A stretch of DNA of 57,267 nt, the filler included, from Asterionella formosa (Eukaryota): the NCBI GenBank assembly GCA_002256025.1. It is 5 parts of 5 records of this genome, joined end to end, with 100 filler letters (N's around TTAATTAATTAA, not from the genome) between each part and the next. Parts side by side here need not be neighbours in the genome. Positions count along the whole stretch, not along the records: positions 23,002 to 34,368 come from NKIB01008559.1; positions 34,469 to 45,836 come from NKIB01008560.1; 3 more parts are not named here. One strand, 5' to 3'. This document shows, piece by piece, positions 24,452 through 37,729 of this stretch; the stretch's first letter is position 1; every line of letters starts with the position of its first letter. The notes under the pieces are model-generated. The model saw nothing but the letters and a program-made list of their open reading frames with translations. It did no database searches and had not been told where the DNA came from. The position numbers were made by a program, and so were the translations under genes.

Positions 24452-25954
24452 TCAGGTTGAAAAAATGTTTTCTGGGAATGGTCCAGTAATGTCGGAGGTA
24501 CCAATGTAAATGACATTCAACGAATTCAGAAGAGCGATTTCGCTCGGGAGCGGCCCAGAAAAGTGATTATTCTGGAGAGAAATTACAGACAAGGATGTCA
24601 TTTGACCAATCGAAGTAGGAAGCGTACCAGTCAGGCTGTTCTTTCCTACACCGAAGATTCCAACATTTGATAGCTGTCCTATCTCCGATGGCAAAGGACC
24701 TTTCAGAGAATTATTGTTCACATTGAAGTAGGCTAGGCTGCCTAGGCTCCCAAGATTCGTTGAAAGGCTACCGGTGAGAATGTTACTCGCCAAGTTTAGC
24801 ATTTGCAAGCTGCGCAAGTTGAATAATTCTTCCGGAATGGTACCGAGAATTTTGTTTCCTTGTAGCTCCAGGACCTCCAGACCAGAAAGTAGACCCAACT
24901 CTGGTGGAATCGACCCTGCGACATTGTTATCCTGTGAATCAATAGCGATTACCATCCCATCGCTATTGCAACTAACGGCTGCCTTGTTTGCCCAGAGACA
25001 TTCATCCCTTTCGATAAGCCAGCCTGTCTTATTCCACCATTGTTCACCGATGAGACTGTAATAGAGGGTAGCCATGGCGTACCTTTGAACTTTTCGCTGA
25101 TCGCTGTAAATAAAAAACAGATCATCTGATGCCAGCCATTGCAAAGCAGAATATTGTATTGCTGACGAGTCTCGGAGAGATGCACCGCCATCTCTTGCCA
25201 GAGGAGTCAACAATTTCAAGAGTTCCTGAGAATTAGGGGATGTGCCAGGAAACGTTGGTGGCAATGTTAATGGTCTTGGCGATGGTTGCATAGTTGGTTG
25301 CGTGGATGAGGTATGTAGGAGTACCGTTGTTAATGGTCGCGGCGATGGTTGCATATTTGGTTGCGTGGATGACCTAGGTAGGAGGACCGGTGTTAATGGT
25401 CGCGGTGATGGTTGCAGAGTTGGTTGCGTGGATGAGCTAGGTAGGAGGACTGGTCCTTCTGATGCGTTGGCGTCATCCCCGCCATTATTGCTGCCACTGG
25501 TAAAAATAAAAATGACAATCAAAACAATAATTACAATTGCAACAAGATTAAGGGCAGCACCAAAGTAGTATATCCTTTGATTTGAATTCCTCGCGTTCGC
25601 CTTAACCACACCAGGTCTCTTAATGGTTTTTCTTGAGGTAGTTGAAACATACAATTCCTCTGGGATTTCATCTAATTCTTTCCCTTTCTTTCCGCCTGCT
25701 GAATCCTTTGCGACCGATTGGCGAGGCTGGTAGCGTTGGGAGCTTACTAGCGCGGACCCGCACCTTTCCAAGTCGTCTTCCTCGTCAATCGAAACATAGC
25801 TGTCCTTAATAAGAACACCATCGCCGTCCGAAAAATTAGATCTCATCTGGTTAAACGAATGCGAAAGTGCGAGTTTTTTGTCGTGTCCTTCATCTGCTAG
25901 TACATTTGATGAAACACGGGGCGGCGAACGAAGTATTCCCATCGGATTCGACAT
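24452..25954 (-). CDS. Single-pass membrane LRR protein (diatom type: cytosolic N-terminus, TM, Pro/Thr stalk, LRR cap, LRRs)
   Basis: TM segment AALNLVAIVIIVLIVIFIF; cap ALQWL..QRYAMATLYYS..W....GWL....ECLW; GxIPxELGxL repeats. First in-frame ATG at 25954. The C-terminus probably continues to 24342 via a frameshift. Confidence 0.88.
   Translation of the reverse strand: MSNPMGILRSPPRVSSNVLADEGHDKKLALSHSFNQMRSNFSDGDGVLIKDSYVSIDEEDDLERCGSALVSSQRYQPRQSVAKDSAGGKKGKELDEIPEELYVSTTSRKTIKRPGVVKANARNSNQRIYYFGAALNLVAIVIIVLIVIFIFTSGSNNGGDDANASEGPVLLPSSSTQPTLQPSPRPLTPVLLPRSSTQPNMQPSPRPLTTVLLHTSSTQPTMQPSPRPLTLPPTFPGTSPNSQELLKLLTPLARDGGASLRDSSAIQYSALQWLASDDLFFIYSDQRKVQRYAMATLYYSLIGEQWWNKTGWLIERDECLWANKAAVSCNSDGMVIAIDSQDNNVAGSIPPELGLLSGLEVLELQGNKILGTIPEELFNLRSLQMLNLASNILTGSLSTNLGSLGSLAYFNVNNNSLKGPLPSEIGQLSNVGIFGVGKNSLTGTLPTSIGQMTSLSVISLQNNHFSGPLPSEIALLNSLNVIYIGTSDITGPFPENIFST
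25262..25452 (-). repeat. Three ~60-63-bp coding repeats in the LRR protein stalk
   Basis: PVLLPSSSTQPTLQPSPRPLT-like unit repeated three times. Confidence 0.85.
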
Positions 25955-28900
25955 GCTTGCTCTTCTTCCATCAAATACAAAAGATTCTCGATATATATTT
26001 CTCTCACCGCTGGAAGTCACTTCTCTGAATTTGCTGAAACCAAAATAAGCTTCGAATTGCGTAGACTTTATTTGTATGAGAGAAAATATGGGTATCAGCC
26101 AGTGAAATGAGAAGAATGGGGTGAATCAGTTTTATTTCGCCGGTAATGAGCACGCCGGGGCACAAAATGGTGCGAAAACGAATTTTTTGGTGACTTGGCT
26201 TTTGACTATTAAAAGATATCGTGCCCGATACTAATAATTTCACCGAACCAGTTGATTGTAGGCAGGAGGCGAGCGTTAAATATACCGGTAATAATCAATT
26301 CGCACCTATAGACTAGCTATACCGGAATCACGCGTCGTTGATTAATTAGTTAGCAATCACCGAGATACAATTACTCCTGATCCACGTACATACGACGAGT
26401 CTATACTTTGTATGTTGACTGAATGCAAAACACGAATATGAAATTTTTTATGACGAAAAAATGATAATAGCGAGTACGAATAAATAATTCTTCATGACGT
26501 AATAAATGAATATGATCGTAATTTCTCTTGACGATTTAAATGATGTGCAAGCAAGCAATACTTGAATTACCAGCTAGGCTAACTAACTCGGAAAACAGCT
26601 AGTCGCAGACCGATACTTATGTCTTAGTATCCAATATCAACATGGATACGCTGGCTAGCTCGGACAAGTATTTTCTTTTATTCGGGGCATGTTCGTTGTG
26701 AATTCTATTCTGCTGGAATTCGTTTTAGCAGGACCTATTCGCTGTACCGATAGGGTGAAACTCATTCCCCCAGGAACAATGATCTGGATTTTTTCGCGGC
26801 TGATCCCGTCTGGGTCAGAGGCGCGCAAGAAGGAGCGACCATAGAATATCAAGTTTTCACACCACCTCCGCCGATGAGTGTACCAGGTGCAGGTACCACA
26901 TACGTGGTACCTGTAGATACCCGGTTGGCATCTGTATCATCGTTATGAAAATGTACGGGAATGAATTTGGCGGTAAATCTACCGTTTATTATTATTTAGA
27001 AAATTATTAGAACTGGTACCTGTACCAATGTCAAGAAAATAGCATCGATGGTTATAACGAGTCACAGGAACTGTGGATTCCCATGTCAAGAAGCTTGCTA
27101 ACGAGATTGATGTTTTAGATCAATCAGAAGGAGGTTTGCAACAGCGAAAAGGGAACATGAAGAACAGGTTATCAAAGTGTGATGAATGGGATTGAAGTTA
27201 GGTTTTAGTTTAAGCTTATAATCAGGGAACATTGAGAATTGATGGAGTGAGGTCAAAAGCGAAATCTAGCACGAAGGCTAGGAGCAAAAGATAACAGTAA
27301 TAGTAGTACAACTGGAAGACCTATGTAAGATGATACCTGTCAGACAGGACAGATTTAACATGCTTTAAAGCGACGCTTTGAGGCCACAGGCTACTCAGGA
27401 TTGATGGGTAGTGATTAATGAGGCACGTTCTGTGAGGTTGTCGATGCTTGATGGGCAAGATGCCAAATCGCTCTCCCCTTTCCTCACAGATCGGCATTAT
27501 GCTCGAGTTTGCTCAGCATTATGTCAAGTAATGCAATGGGATAGTGTGAAAAAAGTTTGCAGTGTCGATGGTTGATTAATTGACTGATCAATAGAAAGAG
27601 AAATCCAAGAGAGTTGCGACATTTAGTAAACGAAGCGCTTCGCACCAATAAAGGAAGAATATGACTTGCTTGATGTCATAAAATAGAACAAGGCGAAGAA
27701 GGTGTTAGGTGTGATCCAATTGAATTTCAATGATTCAAGTTTCTCACCCCCTGTCATCCACAATCAATGATAAATTTGATGTAGTAGATGAACTGACGCT
27801 GTCAAAAGGATTACAATATCACCTCACCTGGTGATCACATTCTTCCTCACATTCCACTTGGGTTTTCAGTGTTGAAATATTATTCCACTTGTCAACTGAC
27901 AAATCAATTTATTTTGTAAAGTGATACATTCTGCTTGCTCTCCTACTGAGTCAGATTTTCTGTCGTCACTACAGAATTAGATCCAGCTAGTACTCCTCTG
28001 TCAAAACATGTATTGTGGTGGCATTTCTATATGGAGGACATGTGTTTTTTACCATGAAACGGTTCCAATTGTGGGGAAGATAACTCTGCAGAAATGATCG
28101 CACATGTGGGTAAATTACTAACTCGCAATGTCCTTCTTGTAAATCAATTCTCTATGACATATCAGTCATTTTCTGTATGTCTGATATTTTATCTGACCTC
28201 CTCATATCAATTTTTTTCTTGGTTATATAGTATCTAAGTATTCATTCTCTATTTTAATCACTCTTTTTAATATACCCCCTTCCAACCTCCTTTAGAGCTT
28301 GCCAGGTCAGTTATCCTCAGTCAATCACTCCCTCAATCTCCCAATCATCCATCGTCTACATCGAATTCTATCCTCCTCCTCCTTCACAACATAGAAGCGC
28401 TCTTCATCTGATGAGTCGCTATCAGTGTGTTTGTTGCTAATTTCTTCGGTTTGCTTGTGAACATATATAGACTTATTAAGTAGTAGTACCCATCATTTTA
28501 CTGGATGTAAGCGGCTTTAGAACAATACACTTGTAATAAGCAACTACACTCTATTTCTATTCGCTAAGAATGTGGGCACAAGATTTGACTATTTTAGGAT
28601 TTGGTTGATGCAGTATGAAGAAATATTACAAATTCGTTTATTGATAAAAAATTCTTGATTTTTCAACTTCAATTGGCTTTGGTATTCAGGGATGACCATA
28701 CCGCAATGACAGCATCTATTCAAGTCTGCTCATCAGTGTAGCCAGGTACACTGAACCCAGTACAATAAAATCTTGTGTCTTGCATCCCCCCGTGAAGGCC
28801 ACTCTAAAGAAATAGTCTCATGTATCCCGTTAATACTGGTACTGGTGTATGCTTTGAGTATTTTTAACTAATATGCTTGACACCTCCTGTTTAGGACAGG

Positions 28901-29070
28901 CATGGTATCTTGCACTTTTCCAGGGTTTGAGTGTCTGAGAAATCATAAATCTCAGTTTGGCATACTTCCAGGTACCAACCATATATCAGCACTGTCTGAA
29001 GTCAACAATTGTGAAACTTGTTGCTTAGTTTTTATGTCCTGTGTTTCTACTTTCGCTTCCTTGCGCGGAT

Positions 29071-32000
29071 TTAGCGTTCATCTTCCAGTATATCTAGCAT
29101 GGGATGGAGCTTGGGGTTAGCCTTGACTCGCTCAACAAAAGTGGCAAACTTCAAGCAGTTCATTGCACCATCCAACTTGCTCATTTGCATCAGCGCTCGC
29201 AAGCCACTCTTGATCCATTCTTTCGCACGCTCCAATTCGGTTCCTGTCTTGTTAGCAATCTTACGTTTGATCATCTTGTCAGAGAACATTTCTTCGAAAG
29301 GGCCAACAAACGTCTCTGCAAAAGCAACAAGGTAAGTGGGATGGCGGTTGCACATGGAAATGACAATTTGGTGAGCCTTGAGTTGGACGTCTTCCAAGTC
29401 ACCCAAAGCATTGCATAGGACCGGCATAAAATTAGCAATATCTAATGTTGCCGGCAGCTTCTCGAGGCAAGTAGCAAAAATACTCATTGCAGATTTGCGA
29501 AGGGGCAAAGCATCATCAACAGTGTGCTTGAAAGGCCCCAAATCCACTACTCGAGTTAATTTGAGCTCCGCAGCCGCAAATAGTGAAGGCACGATGAGGT
29601 CGTTCATGAAACTAGCAACAAGTTGAGGCATGTGGTGGACTGCAGAATAGACCATGAGGAGAGCTGCATTGCGAACGGTGATTTCTTCTTGTTCCAACTG
29701 TTTGAGAAAGTCTGGCATGAATGTGGACAGATCCAAAACGGACACTTTTCCGGCAATTGCGTGCTTCACAGAGGTAACCACGGTCCAACATACCAGAGCA
29801 TTCTTCTCCGAGGCCTCATCACCCGCTGATACATGGCCAGCTGGAGCAACAATGGCAAAGTGCTGAGCACATAGTGCTTGCAACTTTTCAAACATTGGTA
29901 CAGGCTGAATGCAAGCGAGAGAACCCATACATTCGGCAACCACAGTTCGGGAACCTTCGTCAAAATCCGAGCAGTGCTGTAGGAGATGATGCATAATGAC
30001 TGGAACACAAACAGCAAGTTTTTCACTGCGTAACGACTTTTGCTGGCATTGAATAAATTCCTTGACAGCAGCTAGTAACAGGTACTGTTTTTTCGGCTCG
30101 TTGCTGTCCAATGCACTCAATAAAGCAGGTAACAAGACGCCTTGAGCCCCGATTGTTGCACGACCCAGCGCATATGCAGCCGCTTGTTTAACTTCCTCAG
30201 ACGACGAATCAAAACATTCCATGTAAATTGCCTGCAGTCTGTCAGCTACCCCTGCCATGGAGCTAAAATCGACCCCTTGTCCAAGATCGCCGGAGACAAG
30301 CAAGGAGAGAACAACAAGTTTTGTTCCTCCGCTATCAACAGAAGCATTGACATCATCCAAAGCCGCGAGCAATTCAGTAATGACACCTTGTCGATTCTTG
30401 GCTGACGTCGCAGCAGTGATGACTGCAATACATTTCGCCAAGTGAGAGATAGAAAATTTGCTGAGGTTGATTCCATTACTAGCCCGCCCGTGTAACATGC
30501 ACAAAAGCTCAGCGAATTCGACTGCATTGCTGACAACAAGCTGCTCGAAAAAGGAGAGGAGCGATTCTAGAGCAACGTCCTGCATCAGAGGGGACGTCGT
30601 CAACGCTAAAACAGGTGGGAGAATGTGTGACTTTACTGCTGGCCCAGAATCAGGGCAAACCCTGAGTATGGCAATAGAAACACGCATACTGAGATGACTG
30701 AGGTGCAGATCAGAATCTACGATCAACGTGGCAAGCTCTTCCTGGACGCTAGAAAACATTTGATGACCCGCGATCGCAACGGCGGTGCTCCCGTGGTTGG
30801 AGACAACAACCACCAAAGCTTCCAATGCACTCTGTTTGAGGCGCCTACTCTGTTGTCGCAAGAAAGTTCCCATCGATGAGATAACATCACAGAGGATACA
30901 TGAGAGGTCAATCTTTTCTTCGTCCATACTCTCGCTATTAGAAGCTGCTGAAATTGAAGATATAGTTTTGATGGCGGCAATGCGTGTTGTTTCATTCTTG
31001 AGCTTTTCAAGCAAGAGACTGAGGATTCTTTTTATTTGATCTGGAGTCAGACTTCCGTGAAGTGAAGCCAATAGAGAAGCACTAGCAGTCAAAGCACATT
31101 CCTTGATCTCTTGATCAACATCGCTTGCAGACAATAAAGGTTCGATCGATGTGAACAATTGTGCAGCCACTGAATCCATCTCCTTTTTCCTGGTGTCGGG
31201 ATCCTCAATGGTGAAGCCACTAGGAAAGAATCCCGGAACTTCAGTGAGAACACGAAGTGCTTCGGCAATCACTTTGTACCATTGTTCCTGCACAGCAAGA
31301 CAAATGTCTGCAAGTAAAGTATTGCAAAGCGCATTCTTAATGTGAGAAGGAGCATGCTTACCACTGGAGAGCATGACACGGATTAAGCAAAGAGCATCCA
31401 GTTTGAGAGTTTTATTGGAGACGTCCTTACTTAACCCACTTTCCCCTACACTTCGTCCTTGTAACAAAAAAGATTTAACATGCTTGAAAACAGAGTTCAC
31501 TTCGACTTCGCCGCCGACTCCACCAGGCGCACGGCAAAGCGTCGACAACAGCGATAGAGCCGACGACTTGGATCGCTCCCCGCCCTTTCTGACAGCGAAA
31601 AGTTTCTCGCATGCTTTGACAACAGTGGGACCATATTTTGAACTCAAATCAATAGCAACGCCTGAATCGGTAATATCCATCTCACTTTCAATCCCGAATG
31701 ACACGACACCGCTTGACGCAGCAGCAATAGTGACGGAAAGCAGCTTCGTGAAGCAATCAATGACATCGACTCGACAGTTCTCCTCGCGCTCCTTAAATCG
31801 TCCCACCATTGCATTGGCCATGGTGGTTGATCGCCCTCTACGTATATCAAAATCCTTCGTCCATAACATGACAGGATTATGTTGCTTGCACTTCACTACT
31901 GCAGCCATTGCTCGAATAGCTGCACGTCTTACTTTCCAAGAATCATCGTCATCGTCATCGTCATCATCTTGTGGTTGCGTGCGATGACAGAGTTCAGTCA

Positions 32001-33316
32001 AATGATAATAAAAATACGCGAAAGCGGTACCAGCAAGTGCTTCTTACCTTCGTCGTCGTCTAAATCGTCATGGTCATCAGCGTCGTCATCGCACTCGTCT
32101 GTGGTTCAAAAGAAAAGTGAGCGGAACGTCGATGAGTTTGTCCTGAATTCTACAATGTAAAATTCTTACCATTTTCCTCTTGATCATCAGGTTCGTCGCC
32201 ATATGAATAGTTGGGGTCATAACTCATGTAGGCCATGGCCGCTTGAATAATTTTCTCCAAATGTGGCTCGACTTCGGTTGGGCATCGCAAAACAAACGAC
32301 TCGAATCCATTAAAGCACGATTCACGAAGCTCATTTGCCAAAGCAGTAGCATCTTCGTTACCTTCTTCTTCCGTTTCTTCGTCGACTTCGTCCATCATGT
32401 CATCATCTCCGGTGACAGCGTCATCGGGTTCGCAAAACTTGAGGAAAATTGGAATGATGCGATCAATCTGAGTTTGCCCCAGGCGATGACCAACCGCACC
32501 AGAAACAGTACACATTGTCCGAATCAAGGCCCGAGTATCACCAATTTTGCTATCTTCTTTCCTGGATTGTTGAGTACGAGTCTTGCGTCGCTTTCCAACC
32601 CCATCAGCCATTTCAATCTGACTAAGGAGCGACTCTACCATACGGACAAGAAGTGCATCTGAGAGAACAACAGAGAGGGTCCCAATAGTGTTTCCCGTGC
32701 GCTTCCGAATAACATGAGCATCATTGCAGAGAAGATTGAGGCAAATTTGCAAAATCTGTTCGTGTTGGCGAGTCAAGGATAGTGCTGTGGCGCCAAAGCG
32801 GGACAGCATGTCGGTCAGGATGTCGAGGCAGGCCAAGACAATCTCCTCCGAAGCTGCCGTGCGAATACCATCCAGTAGACGCCCCCCAAGGCGTTGACTG
32901 ACTTTATCTCCCATCTGAGGCGGTACTGTTTTACAGAGCGTCCGCAACCCAATGGCGTAAACATCCCTAAGCTCCGATTTGGCAGCGTCCAAGACCTGAT
33001 CTGCCAGAGAGTCCGCAATTTCCAAGACTTGTTCTTCGTGCACAGTAGTTAGCAAGACGCCTAGGGTTTTGACAGCAATGGCTTGGACGTCATTCGACTT
33101 GTCGTGCAACAAGCGGAGAACCGCGGTGCAGATTCTCCGCTCCGTCGACGCATCCATTTTTCCGTATCCATCGTAGGAAGTGCTTCCGCCGCTTGCATGG
33201 CGCTTGAGAACCTCGCAAAGGTCACTTGTGGCCATGTAGCGTTCATCTTTATCGTAATGCTCGGTCTTTTTTAAGAGAGCATTGATGGAGACAGACGAAC
33301 TGGTGGTTGCTGACAT
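29071..33316 (-). CDS. CAND1: Cullin-associated NEDD8-dissociated protein 1; exons 33316-32170, 32098-32048, 31967-29071
   Basis: DKDERYMATSDL, YDPNYSY, DDDSWKVRRAA and VDLGPFKHTVDDALPLRK motifs. GT-AG introns 32099-32169 and 31968-32047 join in frame (4095 nt in total). Confidence 0.96.
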
Positions 33317-33619
33317 GGTGGAAGAAAATGCAACCTTGGTGGAAATTCGGAATTAAAAGTGTCTCTGTTCGTTGTTTCCTCTCTTTCTGTCCTTTGATTT
33401 GGATCGAAAGTCTACGAGACCATTCAGAGTACCCTCGGTAAGTTCGCGTTCGTTGTAAAAGGACGAGAATTAAGCGAGCGACAGATCGAGATGATGGGAT
33501 GAGCAATCTTTCTTGATGTTTGTGTGAAGTTGCTCCTCCTGGCCCCACACTGCTGCTTTGTTGCTACAACACATATGGCCCCTCAATCACGCCTGCGGCC
33601 GCAGACAAGCATCAGTACA

Positions 33620-33716
33620 GGATGGTATTACCAGGTACCCTCAGCGCTCGTACCTGGTACTCCCTCTGTTATATAATCGTAGATACCGGTACCAGGGTAC
33701 CTGGTACCTGGTACCA
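33620..33716. repeat. Palindromic GGTACC/TACCAGGTA motif array upstream of CAND1
   Basis: TACCAGGTACC..GTACCTGGTAC..TACCGGTACCAGGGTACCTGGTACCTGGTACC. Confidence 0.75.
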
Positions 33717-34368
33717 GTCAAAAACTGCTTAAGACCACTACCGGTATATTACCCCGTTTTTGGACTAAAATTAGAAAAATGTTCAGCCGACCCCATTTAA
33801 AACCCTTTGAACAGAGGTCAACTAATGCATGCAAGTACTAGATAAATGAATCATTTTAACAATTGGAAGGATATTTCTTGCGATATCCAACTTTTTAAGT
33901 CGTTCATTTTGCATTTTAGTGGTCTTAAGCCATTCATATATTTTTCATCATGTATATATACTTTTTAATGGTAAACGGTTAGAAAATATTACCTCGTTTT
34001 CCATATTTTCTCCAATTTCTTGTGTCAACTGACGTCGATTTATTGTGCAAACAACACATGCATCACTTTTCCATCATCACAACTTCATCCTCGTCATCCT
34101 CTTCAGCTGAGGCCGATGGTGGCAGTATTGCTACGGCAACTGGGACTGGTGCATCGCCACCTCTTATTGTATCAACATACTCGGTAAGCGGTAGTTGTTT
34201 CGTTGCAGGTAATGCATGGTGCATCGCCAATTCGTTTGTACCACAACACGATTGTTTTTGTTTGCGCCACCGTCCATTTGTGTGCCCGTTTGTTGAGTAC
34301 TCTGATCGCTTGCACCTCGTTCAATGTTGCTTTATAATCCATAACTTTCTTATTCGCTTTCTCACTCT
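33714..34368 (-). mobile_element. End of a pogo/Tc1-mariner-like DNA element, truncated by the scaffold end
   Basis: TA followed by TIR CCAGTCAAAAACTGCTTAAGACCACTA. The sequence is the reverse complement of ~49343-49992. Confidence 0.88.
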
Positions 34369-34468
34369 NNNNNNNNNNNNNNNNNNNNNNNNNNNNNNNN
34401 NNNNNNNNNNNNTTAATTAATTAANNNNNNNNNNNNNNNNNNNNNNNNNNNNNNNNNNNNNNNNNNNN
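34369..34468. other. Artificial scaffold linker
   Basis: N44-TTAATTAATTAA-N44. Confidence 0.97.
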
Positions 34469-35508
34469 ACCCCTTATCGCTCTGGCCTGGTCTATGACCG
34501 CATTGTGCCTGATGGTGCTGAACTTTCCCCCAAAGCTCGCGCGGCCATTATTACACAATACCAGTCACTCATTGGGGCTCTCAATTGGCTGGCTGTCAGC
34601 ACACGTCCTGATGTCTCTGTGGCCCTCACTCTCCTGGCTCAGCACAACTCCTATGCCACCCCTGCTCACCTTTTAGGTGCCAAGTATGTGTTACGATACC
34701 TGGCTGGCTCTGCCGATCATGGCATTGCCTTTACCTCGCAATTTGCTTCCTCATACCTCTCCACCACCTTTGGCTGGCCCAAGGACACTCCCACTCTCAC
34801 CACTTACACCGATGCCAACTGGGGCCCCCAAGATGCTTCCAAACCCAACCCCACCGACATCATCTCTCTTGCCGAGTGTTGCTCCCTTCTTGGTTCCATC
34901 AGTACACGTACAGGTGGGCCCAATTGCCTGGCATGTCATTCGTGAACCTCGTGTGAGCCGCAGTACCTGCGAATCTGAAATCAAATCTGCAGATGAGGGC
35001 ACCAAGGTTACCCAATTCATCCGCCATATCCTTAGTGACCTCCACATGCCTGATGTCACTCTCCCCACCCCTCTTTGGAATGACAACCGAGGTGCTGTGG
35101 ACTGGTCCCACAACTGTGCTAACAAAAAGATGCGGCATATTAATATCCGCAACATGGCTGTGCGCAACGCTCACCGTTTTTCCGAAATCTTTGTCACCCA
35201 CCTCCCAGGGGATACCAATGTTGCTGATCTGTTCACCAAAGAACATAAAGATGATGCCCATTTTCTCCGCCTCCGCAATATTATTGTCCCGTCTCATGGG
35301 AATTTTCTCACTTGAGGGGGCTGTTGGTACCATATACCGGTTACTCCGTATATCCTACCAAGATTCCTGTAAGTGCTTAATTCCCGTGAGTACTGGTCCC
35401 TCTACAGCTAGTTAAATACTACTTTAGAATCTCAGTTCCTTGTTAATGTAGCTGCCGCTGGCACCCGTTGCAAGCGTTTCTCCCTCTCAACACACACATC
35501 TTCCATCA
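34469..35508 (+). mobile_element. 3' end of a Ty1/Copia (CoDi-like) retrotransposon: RT C-terminus, RNase H, PPT and 3' LTR
   Basis: YQSLIGALNWL..TRPD, YTDANWG, SRSTCESEI, WNDNRGAV, MRHINIR and NVADLFTKE, with a frameshift near 34920. PPT TGAGGGGG at 35313-35320; LTR TGTTGG(35322)...CCATCA(35508). Confidence 0.92.
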
Positions 35509-35524
35509 CCATGAACCAAGATTA

Positions 35525-35585
35525 TGTACCGGTACCAGGTAACGGTACACTGGTACTCTGGTACTCCGGTACCAGGTACCGGGAG
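35525..35585. repeat. GGTAC motif array
   Basis: GTACCGGTACCAGGTAACGGTACACTGGTACTCTGGTACTCCGGTACCAGGTACCGG. Confidence 0.75.
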
Positions 35586-37729
35586 CTGATTTTCGTATAT
35601 ACCTTTTTGCGTATAGTAATATTATACCTACAGAACGTCGATTCAATATAACGTTTAAACACCAACCATGAGAGTACATGTTGGGATACCGGTACTCCCT
35701 ATTTATAAACCGGTATGCGTTTTGGCGCTGAGCAAAATAACATCTACATTCAGCAACGTAGATAAACCATAAACGTTTAAATATCATTTTTGTTTGTTTC
35801 AAATGGAACTCTATCAATCTGATGCCGATTCCTATTTAATTCAAATATTCAAATCGACGCTCGAATCATGGGAATTCATAGTAGGAAACTCCCTGTTCCA
35901 CGCCGTTTTTACAACCCTAGCGACTTTTTCTCCAAACTAGGTTTAAGCCGGGGCCACAACCTTAAGGCTAATTCATTCATGACACTCACGCATTTTACTT
36001 AGTGAAATAGTAAGGATATTTGTGGTGTCTAATGTCATGCATCTGAGATCAAAGTTTTACGGTTGTACACATCACATAAAGAACTCACGCTTTTCCATTA
36101 AAAAGGCTCAATCTTCCCAGTTTTCATGTAACGTAGGTTACTACTGGTACTAGGTGACTGTTTTACTAGCTAGCTACTAGCTACTAATAGGGGTAGTAGG
36201 CAACCAAATATTTTTACGTGATTATTATTACTCAAAATCAACACTGGTGTAATCATGTCTGCTGAGCAACAAGGATGGTATTGTTTGCCAAATATGTGCC
36301 AAAGGTCCATTCAAGTTACCAATCCAGAAGCCTACTAAAGCACATTAAGACTGATGCTGATACTTGTTATACAAACTTTAGCTACCAGCCAGTTGTTCTT
36401 ATTTTTCTCTCGCCAACACAGCACTGCAACGACAGCAAATATCATGGATCTGTGTGACAATAATGACAAGGACAAATGTCAATTCTGTGGTAAGGTCCTT
36501 TTAAATCATCAATGATGCAATTAAGTGATAGAAGGTGAAAGCTCATCAGTTTTTGCCTAGAAAAATCCAGGCGACGAGCAACTGCTAGATGTACTAGTAT
36601 AGTACCGCTCACGAAAAAATATGTTTAAGGCTGTTTGTGATCAATATCCCATCGATCCATACATTCTCGCATATGCTTTACTCGATGCCACCAGTCGAAA
36701 CAATTGAGGTAATGATTAGATATTGGCAGGACGCGCAGACATTGCTTGGAGATATATAGAAATAACATCCTCTGCAAATGCATTGTTTCATAGATACGAA
36801 ATTAGCTACCATTTACTAACAGCTAGGTATATGTGATACGGTTAGATCTCTTCCATTTCTCCTTCACACTGCATCATATTTCTCCGAACATTACTACCAG
36901 TACAAAGGTTATGTGACAAGGTCGTAGATGAACGTTTTCTTCTCTTGCAGCAGCACATGATCTTCTGTTCAGTTCCTCAGTAGTATGGCAAGCTCGTTCC
37001 CTTATATTGAATGCAGAGAAATTGCCCAATGTCTCGTCAGCATAGCACTCAATGAAATATTTCTTGAATCTTTTTTATCGAGTCGCCTATACTCAGGAAT
37101 GTCACTGTCATGGAGATCCTCCATAGTCATCTGGTAGAATGCTTTGCTTATAGTTTTTTTGCCTTTAACATCTCTTGGTGTTCTTTGGTAACTGTCAGGT
37201 AATGACGTTCCATTCGTTTTGTCATGGCTTCCATAAACAGAACAGCCATACCTTGGCGCTTACAATTATGAAATCATTGTCCAACAATGATTTCCAATTA
37301 ACTTGAACCTGGTTCAAAGTAGTGGGTGTTTTAGCCGACCTTTGTGAGCGATTCGATAAGCTTTTAATAGAACTTCCTGACTTTCCATTCAGCTCATTTT
37401 CTGATGATGTCACATTTCCTTCCATTGTTGGTAGCGAGGCCACATTGTGGGGCCATGGGAAAGAGCTATAAACACGAATTGGATTTCTTAAAGGGGTGCT
37501 GCTTCTTTTGCTCAGTTACTGGTGAAGTGTCCGAAAGATCACTAATTAACGAGGCTGTGGGAGGGATACTAGCGGTACTTGGAGTTTTCGCCTTCCCCAG
37601 GTCGTTTCGTACCCTAATCACTGGTGTCATATAAGTAAGAACTTACCCACATTAGAATTGTGATTACATTAGTGTTAGCTAGTAAATGATAATAATACTA
37701 GTATTAACAATAACAATTCATTTCTTACC

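Noticed and set aside
27029..28463. Possible additional LTR remnants (TGTCAAG start, ..GTGAACA end)
   Set aside because: No matching termini with a target-site duplication and no second copy in the window; probably decayed TE DNA, but boundaries cannot be supported.
29099..33274. Many short antisense and alternative-frame ORFs over CAND1 (and similarly over PDS and the LRR gene)
   Set aside because: Shadow ORFs of real coding sequence with no independent motifs.
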